DNA of 63,856 bases, filler included, from an uncultured Methanosarcinales archaeon (GTDB taxonomy: Archaea; Nanobdellota; Nanobdellia; Woesearchaeales; CAZKBD01): the NCBI GenBank assembly GCA_964550945.1. It is 4 parts of 4 records of this genome, joined end to end, with 100 filler letters (N's around TTAATTAATTAA, not from the genome) between each part and the next. Parts side by side here need not be neighbours in the genome. Positions count along the whole stretch, not along the records: positions 1 to 17,842 come from CAZKBD010000034.1; 3 more parts are not named here. One strand, written 5' to 3'. Each line of letters begins with the position of its first letter. Position 1 is the first letter of the stretch. A program made the position numbers and the translations under genes. Positions 1 to 9,748 of the stretch are shown here, in pieces. The notes below the pieces were generated by a model. That model had not been told where the DNA came from. It was given only the letters and a program-made list of their open reading frames with translations, and did not search any database.

Positions 1-979
1 TTATCTCTTTTCCAACCTGCTCTATTGGGTGATTGAAGTCTTCCTGCTGAAGTTTTGTTAAAACTGGCTTTCCGTTTTTGCATTCCTTTACCCATTCCCT
101 TGCAAACTTGCCGGATTCAACGTCTTTAAGCATCTTCCTCATTACATTCCTTGACTTCTCTGTTATTATCTTCTTGCCTCTTGTCAATCCGCCGTATTTT
201 GCTGTGTTAGAAACTGCTTTCCACATTCCAGTTAATCCGCTGTTGTACATCAGATCAACTATCAGCTTTAGCTCATGCAGGCATTCAAAATAAGCCATCT
301 CTGGAGGATAACCTGCCTCGACTAAAGTGTCAAATCCAGCTTTCACTAATTCTGTAGCTCCTCCACAGAGCACTGCCTGCTCTCCAAACAAGTCTTCATA
401 AGTTTCCTGCTCAAAAGTGCATTCAAGAACACCAGCTTTTGTGAAATGCATTGCCTTTGCCATAGCCAAGGCAACATCCTTTGCTTTTCCGCTTGGATTC
501 TGCTTAATTGCGATTAATCCAGGAACGCCAAATCCCTCTAGATATTGTTTTCTTTCCTCTGATCCAGGCGCTTTTGGAGCGACCATTATAACATCAACAT
601 CTTCTGGAGCGACAATCCTTCCAAAACAGATATTGAAGCCGTGGCTAAAACAAAGCGCTTTTCCGGCTTTCATATACTTCTTAATCTCTTTCTTGTATAT
701 ATCTGCCTGAAACTCATCTGGCAATAATATATGGACTATATCCCCTTTATCTGCTGCCTCGCTTATAGTCATAACCTCAAATCCATCTGCTTTTGCCCGC
801 TGCCAGCTTGGATTTTGCTTATCGCCTAAGACTTCAGTCTCTCCAATAATCACGCTTACACCAGAATCCTTTAGCATATTTGCCTGTGCAACTCCTTGAG
901 AGCCATAGCCTATTATTGCTATTGTTTTTCCGTTTAATACTGATGCGTCTGCGTCTTCTTCTCTTAATACTTTTACCAT
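1..979 (-). CDS. ilvC: Ketol-acid reductoisomerase (3' end runs off the window; missing from the ORF track)
   Basis: Manual translation from ATG at 979 gives MVKVLREEDADASVLNGKTIAIIGYGSQG (IlvC GYGSQG motif) and ends ...HPIEQVGKEI at the window edge. A GGGGGA SD-like motif lies upstream. Confidence 0.95.
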   Translation of the reverse strand, partial: MVKVLREEDADASVLNGKTIAIIGYGSQGVAQANMLKDSGVSVIIGETEVLGDKQNPSWQRAKADGFEVMTISEAADKGDIVHILLPDEFQADIYKKEIKKYMKAGKALCFSHGFNICFGRIVAPEDVDVIMVAPKAPGSEERKQYLEGFGVPGLIAIKQNPSGKAKDVALAMAKAMHFTKAGVLECTFEQETYEDLFGEQAVLCGGATELVKAGFDTLVEAGYPPEMAYFECLHELKLIVDLMYNSGLTGMWKAVSNTAKYGGLTRGKKIITEKSRNVMRKMLKDVESGKFAREWVKECKNGKPVLTKLQQEDFNHPIEQVGKEI

Positions 980-1035
980 TTTATTATCCCCCCTTTAAAT
1001 TAATTTGATTAGTGTATATAGAATTATTTATAAAA

Positions 1036-1341
1036 TTAATCTTTTTTGACAAGGTTGAGCAACAAAAGAGCACCTTTACCTTTCATGCCCTCTTTAACTC
1101 CTTTCTTTGCTGCAGCCTTGCTGAATTTAGCAACTGAAGATTCAAGCATATCTTCAAAACTTTTTACACCAGTAACAATCACTAATGCGTCGTTGAATTT
1201 ATCTGCAGCATCAATATTAAAATAACCGCAGCCTAAAATACCGTGCAAGGCTTTTATCAACAATATTGTGCTGTTCTCGGTTGCTACCTTAACTCCTTCA
1301 AATTCCCTTCCCTCAATACTTATTGTTTCAGTTTCAATCAT
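1036..1341 (-). CDS. YunC/DUF1805 family protein
   Basis: LLIKA.HGILGCGYFNI...D....A..IVTGVKSFEDML pattern typical of DUF1805. Confidence 0.8.
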   Translation of the reverse strand: MIETETISIEGREFEGVKVATENSTILLIKALHGILGCGYFNIDAADKFNDALVIVTGVKSFEDMLESSVAKFSKAAAKKGVKEGMKGKGALLLLNLVKKD

Positions 1342-1577
1342 CTAACATACTCAGCAACCAGCATTGTGCTTGTAAGCTTGATTCCATCAATAGACCTGAT
1401 CTTTTCTGTGATTATCTTATCAAGCTCTTCAAATTTATCAACTTTGATTTTTACAATAATGTCCCACTCGCCATATAATTCGCTTATTTCAACAGCATTT
1501 TTCAATCTCTTTAAATTCTCAAATATCTCTCTTTCTTTTCCGACATCAACTGTCATCATCACATATGCCATTACCAT
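1338..1577 (-). CDS. Stand-alone Lrp/AsnC ligand-binding (RAM) domain protein
   Basis: AYVMMTV...LYGEWDIIVKI...IRSIDGIKLTSTML pattern with no HTH. GGTGA SD at 1583-1587 favours ATG 1577. Confidence 0.85.
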   Translation of the reverse strand: MVMAYVMMTVDVGKEREIFENLKRLKNAVEISELYGEWDIIVKIKVDKFEELDKIITEKIRSIDGIKLTSTMLVAEYVR

Positions 1578-1602
1578 TTGTATCACCCTATAATACTTAT
1601 TG

Positions 1603-1763
1603 TTAGTATGTCAGAAATATACCCTCAATCTATTTGACGATGGACAAAGTCCAATGCAGTTTAGCGTTACGGTATATTTCTGAGCATGCTCAAAAACCAC
1701 CCTATAATCAAGGTGACTTCAAACATGCCACCCATCTCTGATAGGTGGTTTTTGACATATTAA
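1603..1763. repeat. Double-hairpin intergenic element with terminal inverted repeats (MITE/REP-like)
   Basis: atgtcagaaatatacc/ggtatatttctgagcat and atgctcaaaaaccacc/ggtggtttttgacat arms around the central palindrome tgagcatgctca. The ends ttagtatgtca/tgacatattaa are inverted. Confidence 0.7.
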
Positions 1764-1767
1764 AATT

Positions 1768-1785
1768 ATGTTACTATAGTAACAT
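1768..1785. promoter_or_regulatory. Perfect 18-bp palindrome just after the leuB stop (terminator or protein-binding site)
   Basis: atgttactatagtaacat is its own reverse complement. Confidence 0.4.
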
Positions 1786-1786
1786 T

Positions 1787-2914
1787 TTATATAACTCTCT
1801 TCAGGATAGCATCTCCCATTTCACTGGTTTTGTTATTCCCTCCAAGGTCTTTTGTCCTTATCTTGCCTTCTTTTAGGACTTCTTGGATAGCATCAACTAC
1901 TGCTTTGGCTGATTTTTTCTCTCCAAGCTCGTCCAGCATCATTGAGCCAGCCCATATGGTTGCAATAGGGTTAATAACGCCCAATCCTTTGTATTTTGGA
2001 GCTGAGCCATGAATAGGCTCAAACATAGAAATCCCATCTGGATTGATATTGCCTCCTGGCGCTAAACCTAAACCGCCTTGTATCATTGCTCCTAAGTCAG
2101 TTATTATATCACCAAACATATTTGGCGTTACAACAACCTGAAACCATTCTGGGTTTTTGACAAACCACATGGTTATTGCATCGACAAAATTGAATTCATA
2201 GGTTATCTTAGGGTAATCTTTAGCTGTCTTCTCAACAATCTCACGCCAGAAATTATAAACATCACTTAACACATTTGCTTTGTCAACTGCTGTAACCTTA
2301 TCTTTCTTTTTCATCTTCGCGAGCTCGAATGCATATTTTATAACCCGCTCAGAGCCTTTTTTAGACAAAACGCCTATCTGGTAAGCAATCTCAGAGCCTT
2401 CTGATTCAATATCAAGGCCAAATTTAATTTTATACAAGCTTCTTATAACTTCAAGCTCCTGCTTATTTTTTCCTATCTTAACTCTATTGCCTATCCCAAC
2501 ATAGAAATCCTCTGTGTTTTCTCTGACAACATCAAAATTAATATCTTTGGGAGTCTTGTCCTTCAAAGGGCACCAAACACCCTCTAGCAGCTTAATGGGC
2601 CTTAAATTCACATATTGGTCAAAATAAAATCTTGTTTTTAGTAAGATCCCTTTTTCAAGAATCCCTGGCTTGCATCTAGGGTCTCCTAATGCTCCAAGAT
2701 AAATTGCTTTGCAGGTTTTTTTGATTTCCTTTAAGGTTTCTTCTGTAATCAATTCACCAGTTTTCAGATAGTTGTCTGCGCCATTGTCATACTTAACCCA
2801 ATCAATCTCAAAATTATTAAGCTCAGAGGCCTTATCAATCACTTTAACACCTTCTGCGATTACCTCTGGGCCAATGCCATCTCCTGGAATTAAAGCTATT
2901 CTGTATTTTTTCAT
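1787..2914 (-). CDS. leuB: 3-isopropylmalate dehydrogenase (isocitrate/isopropylmalate dehydrogenase family)
   Basis: [25 protein letters not shown] and EPIHGSAP motifs; located in the leu/ilv cluster. Confidence 0.85.
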   Translation of the reverse strand: MKKYRIALIPGDGIGPEVIAEGVKVIDKASELNNFEIDWVKYDNGADNYLKTGELITEETLKEIKKTCKAIYLGALGDPRCKPGILEKGILLKTRFYFDQYVNLRPIKLLEGVWCPLKDKTPKDINFDVVRENTEDFYVGIGNRVKIGKNKQELEVIRSLYKIKFGLDIESEGSEIAYQIGVLSKKGSERVIKYAFELAKMKKKDKVTAVDKANVLSDVYNFWREIVEKTAKDYPKITYEFNFVDAITMWFVKNPEWFQVVVTPNMFGDIITDLGAMIQGGLGLAPGGNINPDGISMFEPIHGSAPKYKGLGVINPIATIWAGSMMLDELGEKKSAKAVVDAIQEVLKEGKIRTKDLGGNNKTSEMGDAILKRVI

Positions 2915-4020
2915 CTTCTTTTCCCCTTTATTACATATTTTTTTGTGTCCATTCCTTTTTCTTCCTGGATAACAACACCTTTGCTTTTGTCAACAACCCT
3001 TATCTTATAATCTTTTCCCCTTGTTGCATCCTCTTTGCTTTCTGAGAAAAAAGCCTCTTCTGGAGCTGATCTCTCCAGCTTAACGCCGTCCTTCTGGTAA
3101 GACCTTACATCTTCTATCTCAAGGCCTTCTGTTTTTTTAACTGAAAGCTCGATAGCATAATCATGGCAGAGCTCTATCATCCTTGCCGGGTTTCTTCTTG
3201 ATTTAAGCCATATCTTTTTTAATAATTCTTCATCAAAAGGATGTATCCCTTTTCCACCAGACTTGGCAATACGCTTAGCGACCATATCAATAGCGCCTTT
3301 TAGCGAGATTCCTTCTAAATTTATGTTTAACTCATCTGGAACTTTTATGCTCCTGCCATCCAGCCAATATTTCAAGGAATCAAGGCTGCTGGTAAGGTCT
3401 TTGCCTCCTGCAACTATTATCTGGGTGTTCATCGCCAATAGCTTGTCCAAAGGAAGAAACCTTTCTTTTGTGAATTTCTGCATATTATCTATCAGCAGGA
3501 CATATTTTTTATTTCCCAACTCTTTCTTTAGCTTAACCTCAAAATTATCAGCGTCAATATCATTTAGTTCCTTTTCTGAAAAAGCCCCAAATCCAGATGA
3601 AGGCTTAAATAGCTCCTTGACAAACCTTATGTTTATCTTCACTTCTGGCCAATCTATATACCTAATCACAATCCTTGATTTGAACTTTTGAAGCTGCTCT
3701 TCAAGCCATTTTAAGAGTATTGTTTTGCCTGAGCCGTTCTCTCCGATTATAGTGCCAAACTTCTTATTGGAAATGATAAAAAGGTTCAGTTTTTCTTTCT
3801 CAAGCTCAAAATCAGCAATATACTTGCTAACGGGCGCAATTATCTTGTTCTTGTAAGGATTTTCTTTATACCCTAAAGCATTTTCCCAGTCCAATACAAA
3901 TTCTTTATCATCCGGCTTTTTATTTTTCAATGATGGTTTTTTAAGAACTATTGGTATGGTAATCACTTTTATTTTCTCTTCTTCGTTCCTGTCCATAATA
4001 AATTTAATTCCCATAACCAC
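2911..4020 (-). CDS. AAA+ P-loop ATPase, ExeA/GspA-like
   Basis: Walker A GENGSGKT, Walker B VLLID, HPF...S..NP.R..I.LC lid motif; overlaps the leuB start (ATGA). Confidence 0.7.
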   Translation of the reverse strand: MVMGIKFIMDRNEEEKIKVITIPIVLKKPSLKNKKPDDKEFVLDWENALGYKENPYKNKIIAPVSKYIADFELEKEKLNLFIISNKKFGTIIGENGSGKTILLKWLEEQLQKFKSRIVIRYIDWPEVKINIRFVKELFKPSSGFGAFSEKELNDIDADNFEVKLKKELGNKKYVLLIDNMQKFTKERFLPLDKLLAMNTQIIVAGGKDLTSSLDSLKYWLDGRSIKVPDELNINLEGISLKGAIDMVAKRIAKSGGKGIHPFDEELLKKIWLKSRRNPARMIELCHDYAIELSVKKTEGLEIEDVRSYQKDGVKLERSAPEEAFFSESKEDATRGKDYKIRVVDKSKGVVIQEEKGMDTKKYVIKGKRR

Positions 4021-4062
4021 CGATAAAATAGAGTAATATTTAAATATTTATGCAATATTCTG

Positions 4063-4503
4063 TTGGGTATGGACATAACAATACGGTTGAGCCCAAGGAA
4101 AGTGGAAAGGATAATCTTTATTTTGGTTGTCATAGCTTTAGTTGTCTCTAATGTATACTTCTATAACAAACAGGGTTCTAAAGAAACTGAAACAACTGAA
4201 TCCATAGAAGAAACCACCCAAGTTACAGAAACCCAAGAAGCAGCAGGAGCAGAACCAGAGCAACAAGAACAAACGCAACCATCACAAGGCCAGCAACAGA
4301 CCCCTCAAAATCAACAGGTCCAGCAAAACCAAACAAATCAAAATAACACTCAACAAACAGGGGCTGCAGGAGCTTGCGCTGCTGCCTGGAAATGTAAAAC
4401 CCCTTATTACAAAGGGCATCAGAAAACAGATTGCAGCTGGGAAGATTTAGAAGCGTGTGTCAATGGCTGTATAAATGGGCAGTGTAATGTGACAACTAGT
4501 TAA
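4063..4503 (+). CDS. Membrane-anchored protein with Gln/Thr-rich stalk and C-terminal Cys-rich domain
   Basis: N-terminal TM segment, Q/T/E low-complexity linker, six Cys in the C-terminal part. Confidence 0.65.
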   Translation: MGMDITIRLSPRKVERIIFILVVIALVVSNVYFYNKQGSKETETTESIEETTQVTETQEAAGAEPEQQEQTQPSQGQQQTPQNQQVQQNQTNQNNTQQTGAAGACAAAWKCKTPYYKGHQKTDCSWEDLEACVNGCINGQCNVTTS

Positions 4504-4506
4504 TTT

Positions 4507-4833
4507 TTACAGCTTTAATAAAATAGGTATTATTGATCCTTGACCAGTTTCTTTGATAATCTCTTTTATCTTATCATAACGATCCATATTAAGGTAATAT
4601 TTCCATCCGTGCTCTTTTTTCTTTTTGCAAATAATCATCTGCTTGACTAGGGCTTCTATAACATCCATTATTTTATCTTTAGTAATGTTTAATCTTGAGA
4701 ATTCTCTATTGTATAAACCTTTAACTAAATTATCAAAATAAAGTGAGCCTTTGCCAAAATAACCTCCTTCGTAGAGTGTTTTGCATATGATTCTACTTGC
4801 AATAATGTATTCGCTTTTTTTTACTTTAACCAT
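4507..4833 (-). CDS. Hypothetical protein, probable winged-helix fold
   Basis: Helix followed by LVKQMIICKKKKEHGWKYYLN wing-like segment; own TATA-like motif upstream. Confidence 0.5.
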   Translation of the reverse strand: MVKVKKSEYIIASRIICKTLYEGGYFGKGSLYFDNLVKGLYNREFSRLNITKDKIMDVIEALVKQMIICKKKKEHGWKYYLNMDRYDKIKEIIKETGQGSIIPILLKL

Positions 4834-5026
4834 TTAATCTAAATCCCTTTTACAGGCCCGTATAACAACTGACTTTATAAACTTTATGGTTTTTCAAAGG
4901 TTTATTTTAAGCCTTACAAGGCCATTTTATAATACTTACAAGGTTAAAAATAGAAACCTTTATATAGAAAAGAATTCTAACCCTAGAACAGTATAATGGT
5001 ATATACAGTATTAATGGTATGCAAAA

Positions 5027-5401
5027 ATGAAATCAATATTTTTAAAAAAACAAGGGGCAAGCCCAAAGAACAAGGTGTTGGATTTTTTGATTGTGCACTC
5101 TGAACTAGACTACTCTCTAAAAGAAATATCAAGATACTCAGGAGCAGGATATTCAACAGTAAAACTCTTAATTAAAAAACTATTGAAAGATGGATGGGTA
5201 AAAACAACAAGAAAGATATCTAAAATCAAATTATACAAACTAAATGTGAATAACCCAGAAGTCAAGAAATTTATAGACTTCTTTTGGGAAGTTATAGAAC
5301 AAGAGATTGAAGGAAAACCAAAAGATAAAGCAAGCAATTGCGATCATGTTAGCGGTTCATCCTCAGTTGGAGCAGTAGCTGCCTCTGCCAAATCTATCTA
5401 A
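5027..5401 (+). CDS. Winged helix-turn-helix transcriptional regulator
   Basis: KVLDFL...[35 protein letters not shown]...LYKLN pattern. Confidence 0.75.
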   Translation: MKSIFLKKQGASPKNKVLDFLIVHSELDYSLKEISRYSGAGYSTVKLLIKKLLKDGWVKTTRKISKIKLYKLNVNNPEVKKFIDFFWEVIEQEIEGKPKDKASNCDHVSGSSSVGAVAASAKSI

Positions 5402-5883
5402 CCATTTTTAGCGATGTAATCCAACAATCCGCCTGCATTAATTATCTCAACTGCAAAATCAGGAATAGGCGTAAATTTGTATTCTTCTTTCTTGCTTATA
5501 TTCTTAATGACTCCTTTTTTTATGTCTATCTCTATTTCATCTCCAGTTTTTATCTTTGTATAGGCATCTTTGCATTCAATCGCCAGCATCCCATTATTTA
5601 TGCAATTCCTGAAGAATATCCTTGCAAAGCTGTTTGCAATAACTGCCTTAATGCCAGCTCCTCTTAATGCCCAGACAGCATGCTCTCTGCTTGAACCGCA
5701 GCCAAAATCATCTGATGCAACTATAAAATCTCCTTTTTTAACCTTCTTGACAAACTCTTTGTCAATATCTTCCATTGCATGCTTTGCCAACTCTTGCTCA
5801 TTGTCTGTATTAAGGTATCTAGCAGGAATTATCTCATCGGTATTTATGTGCTCTCTTTTGTAAACATGCGCATATCCTTTCAT
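5398..5883 (-). CDS. leuD: 3-isopropylmalate dehydratase small subunit
   Basis: [22 protein letters not shown] and SFARIFFRN motifs. Confidence 0.95.
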   Translation of the reverse strand: MKGYAHVYKREHINTDEIIPARYLNTDNEQELAKHAMEDIDKEFVKKVKKGDFIVASDDFGCGSSREHAVWALRGAGIKAVIANSFARIFFRNCINNGMLAIECKDAYTKIKTGDEIEIDIKKGVIKNISKKEEYKFTPIPDFAVEIINAGGLLDYIAKNG

Positions 5884-7155
5884 ATTTCCAAAGTACTAAA
5901 CGCTGGTATATAAACTTTTATGCAACCTTCTTTGGCGGCACTATACAAACATTATCCTTACACGCCAACCTTCCAAATAGATATATCCATAAAGGACTAA
6001 ACAGCAGAGTGATTGAGATAACCGCTATTGCAATCTGATAACCGCTGGAAGTGATAAGGCCTGCTTGTAAACCCAATGCCCCTAGTATAAAACTGAACTC
6101 CCCTATTTGAGACAGTAGTGCACCACCATAGAAGCTGCGCCTCCATGGATCACCTAACATTCTGAATATCATGGAGTTAATCAATGTGTTGACTACAAAA
6201 ACGGCCGCAACTACCACAACAATCATGCTGAGATTATTAATCACATAATCCAAATTGAGCAGCATTCCTATTGAGACAAAGAACAACGCTACAAATACTA
6301 CTCTAAATGACTTAAGGCTTTGATGGACCCAAGTGGTTTCACGTGCTAATCCTACTGTGATGCCTGCTATGAAAGCGCCCAAAGCAGGAGACAAATGGAA
6401 AAGCTGAGTAATCAAAGCAAATCCAAAACATATTGTAAGCGCAGCAAAAACCTGTAGCTCATGGTGCTCTTTTATCTTGCTGCTAAATGGAAGCTTCCAT
6501 TTCCTGCTTCTCATCAGTAATATAATGAAACCTATAACCAATATACCCATAACAATCTGGAGCCCCAAATTTACCAGATTTACTTTTTCTCTCCCTAACA
6601 ATGAAACTATAATCAACATAGGGATTACAGCAAGATCCTGGACCAGGAGCATACCTAAAACATCTCCTCCAACTTTAGTCTTCATTTCATTGCGTTGTTC
6701 AAGTATGTTTACTACAAGAGCCGTGCTGCTTAAGCTTATAACAAATCCAATCAATATTCTTGCGCCAATAGTCCATCCGAATAATGAGCCTAGTCCACTA
6801 ACAACCAACACACTAATAATTATCTGGAATAGCGTACCTATTATAGCAACTCGCCAATTTGAGAACAAGCAAGGAAGGCAAATCTCCATGCCAACAAAGA
6901 ACAACAATATGACAACTCCCAAATCACCCACTGTTTGTATGATCTGGCTATCTGAAACAAGCTTTAAACCATATGGCCCGATCAAGATGCCTGTTATTAT
7001 GTAAGCAACTATAAACGGTTGCTTAAAAAGGTTGAACAAGACGCTTAAGATAAGCAAACTTAATACCACAGCAACCAAAATACCCAAATTCATCTCAATC
7101 ATGTACCTTAGCCTCTTTTAAAATCTCTTTTGTAAACATGCGCATATCCTTTCAT
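5852..7155. repeat. 32-bp direct repeat (5852-5883 and 7124-7155) duplicating the leuD 5' end around the antiporter gene
   Basis: Identical tctcttttgtaaacatgcgcatatcctttcat at both positions. Confidence 0.9.
5918..7102 (-). CDS. Cation:proton antiporter, CPA2/KefB-like transmembrane domain
   Basis: Multi-TM protein with GILIGPYGL, LLFFVGME, SSTALV, LLVQDLAV, LGAFIAG and SQIGEFSF motifs. Confidence 0.9.
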   Translation of the reverse strand: MIEMNLGILVAVVLSLLILSVLFNLFKQPFIVAYIITGILIGPYGLKLVSDSQIIQTVGDLGVVILLFFVGMEICLPCLFSNWRVAIIGTLFQIIISVLVVSGLGSLFGWTIGARILIGFVISLSSTALVVNILEQRNEMKTKVGGDVLGMLLVQDLAVIPMLIIVSLLGREKVNLVNLGLQIVMGILVIGFIILLMRSRKWKLPFSSKIKEHHELQVFAALTICFGFALITQLFHLSPALGAFIAGITVGLARETTWVHQSLKSFRVVFVALFFVSIGMLLNLDYVINNLSMIVVVVAAVFVVNTLINSMIFRMLGDPWRRSFYGGALLSQIGEFSFILGALGLQAGLITSSGYQIAIAVISITLLFSPLWIYLFGRLACKDNVCIVPPKKVA

Positions 7156-7158
7156 CAT
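7108..7158 (-). pseudogene. Remnant leuD 5' stub ([16 protein letters not shown])
   Basis: GGTGA SD followed by the first 10 codons of leuD, then divergence and a stop 5 nt before the antiporter start. Confidence 0.7.
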
Positions 7159-7167
7159 TTCACCGTT

Positions 7168-7989
7168 TTATACAAACTTCCTAAGGCTAGTTGAGTGCTT
7201 CTTTAGCTCGCCTATTATCTCCTTCAGACTTATGTAATCAGGAGCAATACAGTCTTTGCAGATTTTTTCTGTTGAGTTCAGTATGATGCTCATACTATTA
7301 GCTGTGGATTTTCTTTTCCATTCAATGCCTTTCTTTTTTAGAGATGATGCGAGCTCTTCTAACTTTGCTATCGAACTATGCAAATTATCAAGTATGATGT
7401 CAGCCTTCATATCAGAAACCCCTCTTACATTTTTTTGGGCTTCTGGCAGTATTTTTTCACTATCTGCTAAATAACTTGAAAGCAAGTGCAAGTTTGATTC
7501 TATACTCTGCAATACCTCTTCTTTTTCACTTTCTTTTAAGATAACAATTTTAGTTATAATCCTATCAATTTCTGCTCTGAAGTTGTATAGCCCGACTATT
7601 ATCCTGTTGTACCTTTCCTGAAAAGATACATCATATAGTTCTTTTAATATCTCATCCTGTTCCTTATAAATCAGCTTTGAAACAAGCACCCCTAAGATTA
7701 CGAGGCTGACACAAACCTCTATTATTGATAACCCTCTTGATATGCCTTTTGGCCTGATATCCCCATAACCTAATGATGTTGAGGTTACAAAGCTGAAATA
7801 CAGCGAATCCAAATAACCGTTTACATCATTACTGACTTTTTGCCCTTCAGTATATATGCCATCATTTTCAGTTAATGACAACAAAAAAAATGATGTGCCG
7901 AATACAATTATGATTATAAGATAACCTATCAGTATCTTGCTTAAATTGAACTTTTTTATGATATATTCAATTCCGGTTTGTTTTTTCAT
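7168..7989 (-). CDS. Two-TM potassium channel family protein with helical C-terminal domain
   Basis: DSLYFSFVTSTSLGYGDIRP selectivity filter. Confidence 0.9.
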   Translation of the reverse strand: MKKQTGIEYIIKKFNLSKILIGYLIIIIVFGTSFFLLSLTENDGIYTEGQKVSNDVNGYLDSLYFSFVTSTSLGYGDIRPKGISRGLSIIEVCVSLVILGVLVSKLIYKEQDEILKELYDVSFQERYNRIIVGLYNFRAEIDRIITKIVILKESEKEEVLQSIESNLHLLSSYLADSEKILPEAQKNVRGVSDMKADIILDNLHSSIAKLEELASSLKKKGIEWKRKSTANSMSIILNSTEKICKDCIAPDYISLKEIIGELKKHSTSLRKFV

Positions 7990-9248
7990 TAAAGATATCT
8001 CCTTGGATCAGCTATCTTTCCTTCAATTGCCGAAGCAGCAACTGTTGCAGGGCTTGCCAAATAAACAAAAGATTTAGGGCTGCCCATCCTTCCAACAAAA
8101 TTCCTGTTTGTAGAGCTGATGCAAACTTCTCCTTCTGCCAATATACCCATATGGCCTCCAAGGCAAGCTCCACATGTTGGAGTTGATACAGCTGCTCCAA
8201 ATTCAGTGAATATATCCAGCAATCCTTCTTTGTTTGCCTGCTTCCAGATATCAGTTGTAGCTGGAACTACTATCATCCTTGTATCTTTAGCAATCTTCTT
8301 TCCTTTAACAATTGAAGCAGCAATCCTTAAATCCTCTATCCTGCCATTTGTGCAGCTTCCTAACCAAGCCTGGTCAATTTTGATTTCTTTAATCTTTGAG
8401 ATTAGTTTTCCATTGCTTGGCAAATGAGGGAAAGCAACTATTGGCTCTAAATCGCTAACATCATATTTTATGACTTTCTCATAATTAGCATCATCATCAC
8501 TCTTAAAAATTTCAAACTTATGTTTGCTTCTTTTTTTAACATATTCAATGGTTTTTTCGTCTGGTTCAATAATCCCAGATTTTGCTCCTGCTTCGATTGC
8601 CATGTTTGTTATTGTCATCCTTGCCTCTACTGAAAGGCTTGTTATTGCGCTTCCTGTAAATTCCATCGCTTTGTATAAGGCTCCATCTACTCCAATATCT
8701 GAGATAATCTTAAGTACAATATCTTTTGAATAAACTCCTTTAGGCAGTTTTCCATCTACAATGAACTTTATAGATTCTGGAACCTTGAACCAAAGCTTTC
8801 CAGTTGCAAGCGCAGCAGCTAGATCAGTGCTTCCAACACCTGTTGAAAAAGCGCCTAATGCTCCATAAGTGCAAGTATGCGAATCTGCACCGATAATTAG
8901 CTGCCCTGGAACAACATGGCCTTGCTCAGGCAATATCGCATGACAAACACCATGCCTTCCAACTTCATAGTAATTTTTGATGTTCTCTTTTTTAACCCAA
9001 TCCCTTAGCCTTTTGGCTAACTCAGCCGATTGTATATCCTTATTAGGAACAAAATGGTCTGGAGTTACAACTATCTTCTCAGGATCAAACACTTTTAACC
9101 TTCTTTCAGCCATCATCTTTATTGCAGGAGGCGTTGTCACATCATGGCATAGGATTATATCTATATCTGCATTAATCAACTCTCCTGGTTTCACTTCTTT
9201 CTTGCCGCAATGCTTGGCAAGGATTTTTTCAGTTATGTTCATTCCCAT
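7989..9248 (-). CDS. leuC: 3-isopropylmalate dehydratase large subunit
   Basis: [27 protein letters not shown] and [10 protein letters not shown] motifs. Confidence 0.95.
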   Translation of the reverse strand: MGMNITEKILAKHCGKKEVKPGELINADIDIILCHDVTTPPAIKMMAERRLKVFDPEKIVVTPDHFVPNKDIQSAELAKRLRDWVKKENIKNYYEVGRHGVCHAILPEQGHVVPGQLIIGADSHTCTYGALGAFSTGVGSTDLAAALATGKLWFKVPESIKFIVDGKLPKGVYSKDIVLKIISDIGVDGALYKAMEFTGSAITSLSVEARMTITNMAIEAGAKSGIIEPDEKTIEYVKKRSKHKFEIFKSDDDANYEKVIKYDVSDLEPIVAFPHLPSNGKLISKIKEIKIDQAWLGSCTNGRIEDLRIAASIVKGKKIAKDTRMIVVPATTDIWKQANKEGLLDIFTEFGAAVSTPTCGACLGGHMGILAEGEVCISSTNRNFVGRMGSPKSFVYLASPATVAASAIEGKIADPRRYL

Positions 9249-9249
9249 T

Positions 9250-9738
9250 TCATCCTCTTGAAACTGCAGTTACACCTGTCCTGGATATCTCTTTAACACC
9301 AAACTGCTTCATTAACTCAATAAACGAATCAATCTTATCAGGATCCCCTATCAGTTCAGCAGTAATCGAACTATTGGTTATATCCACAATCTTTGTTTTA
9401 TATATTTTTGTATACCTTAATATGTCTTCCTTTGATTTCTTGTTGGAAACTGCCACCTTAATCAGGCAAAGCTCCCTAATAACAGAGCTTTCTTCCGGCA
9501 TTTCGATAACTTTTATAGTGTCAACCAGCTTATTAACTTGTTTCTCTACTTGCTCTAAAGTTTCATCATCTCCAATAACGCTAATGACCATCTTGCTTAT
9601 TCCTGGCTTTGTTGTCTTTCCGACTGTGATAGTATCTATATTGAACCCTCTTCTTGCGAACATTCCAGCAATCCTTGTCAAAACACCTGGTTGGTCTTCA
9701 ACAAGCATTGCAATAACGTGCTTTTTTTCTTTTGACAT
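9250..9738 (-). CDS. ilvN: Acetolactate synthase small (regulatory) subunit
   Basis: [23 protein letters not shown] motif. GGTGA SD favours ATG 9738. Confidence 0.93.
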   Translation of the reverse strand: MSKEKKHVIAMLVEDQPGVLTRIAGMFARRGFNIDTITVGKTTKPGISKMVISVIGDDETLEQVEKQVNKLVDTIKVIEMPEESSVIRELCLIKVAVSNKKSKEDILRYTKIYKTKIVDITNSSITAELIGDPDKIDSFIELMKQFGVKEISRTGVTAVSRG

Positions 9739-9748
9739 TTGCATCACC

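Noticed and set aside
78..710. Plus-strand ORFs at 78-293 and 417-710, and the many similar antisense ORFs in the track
   Set aside because: Antisense shadows of well-supported genes (here ilvC).
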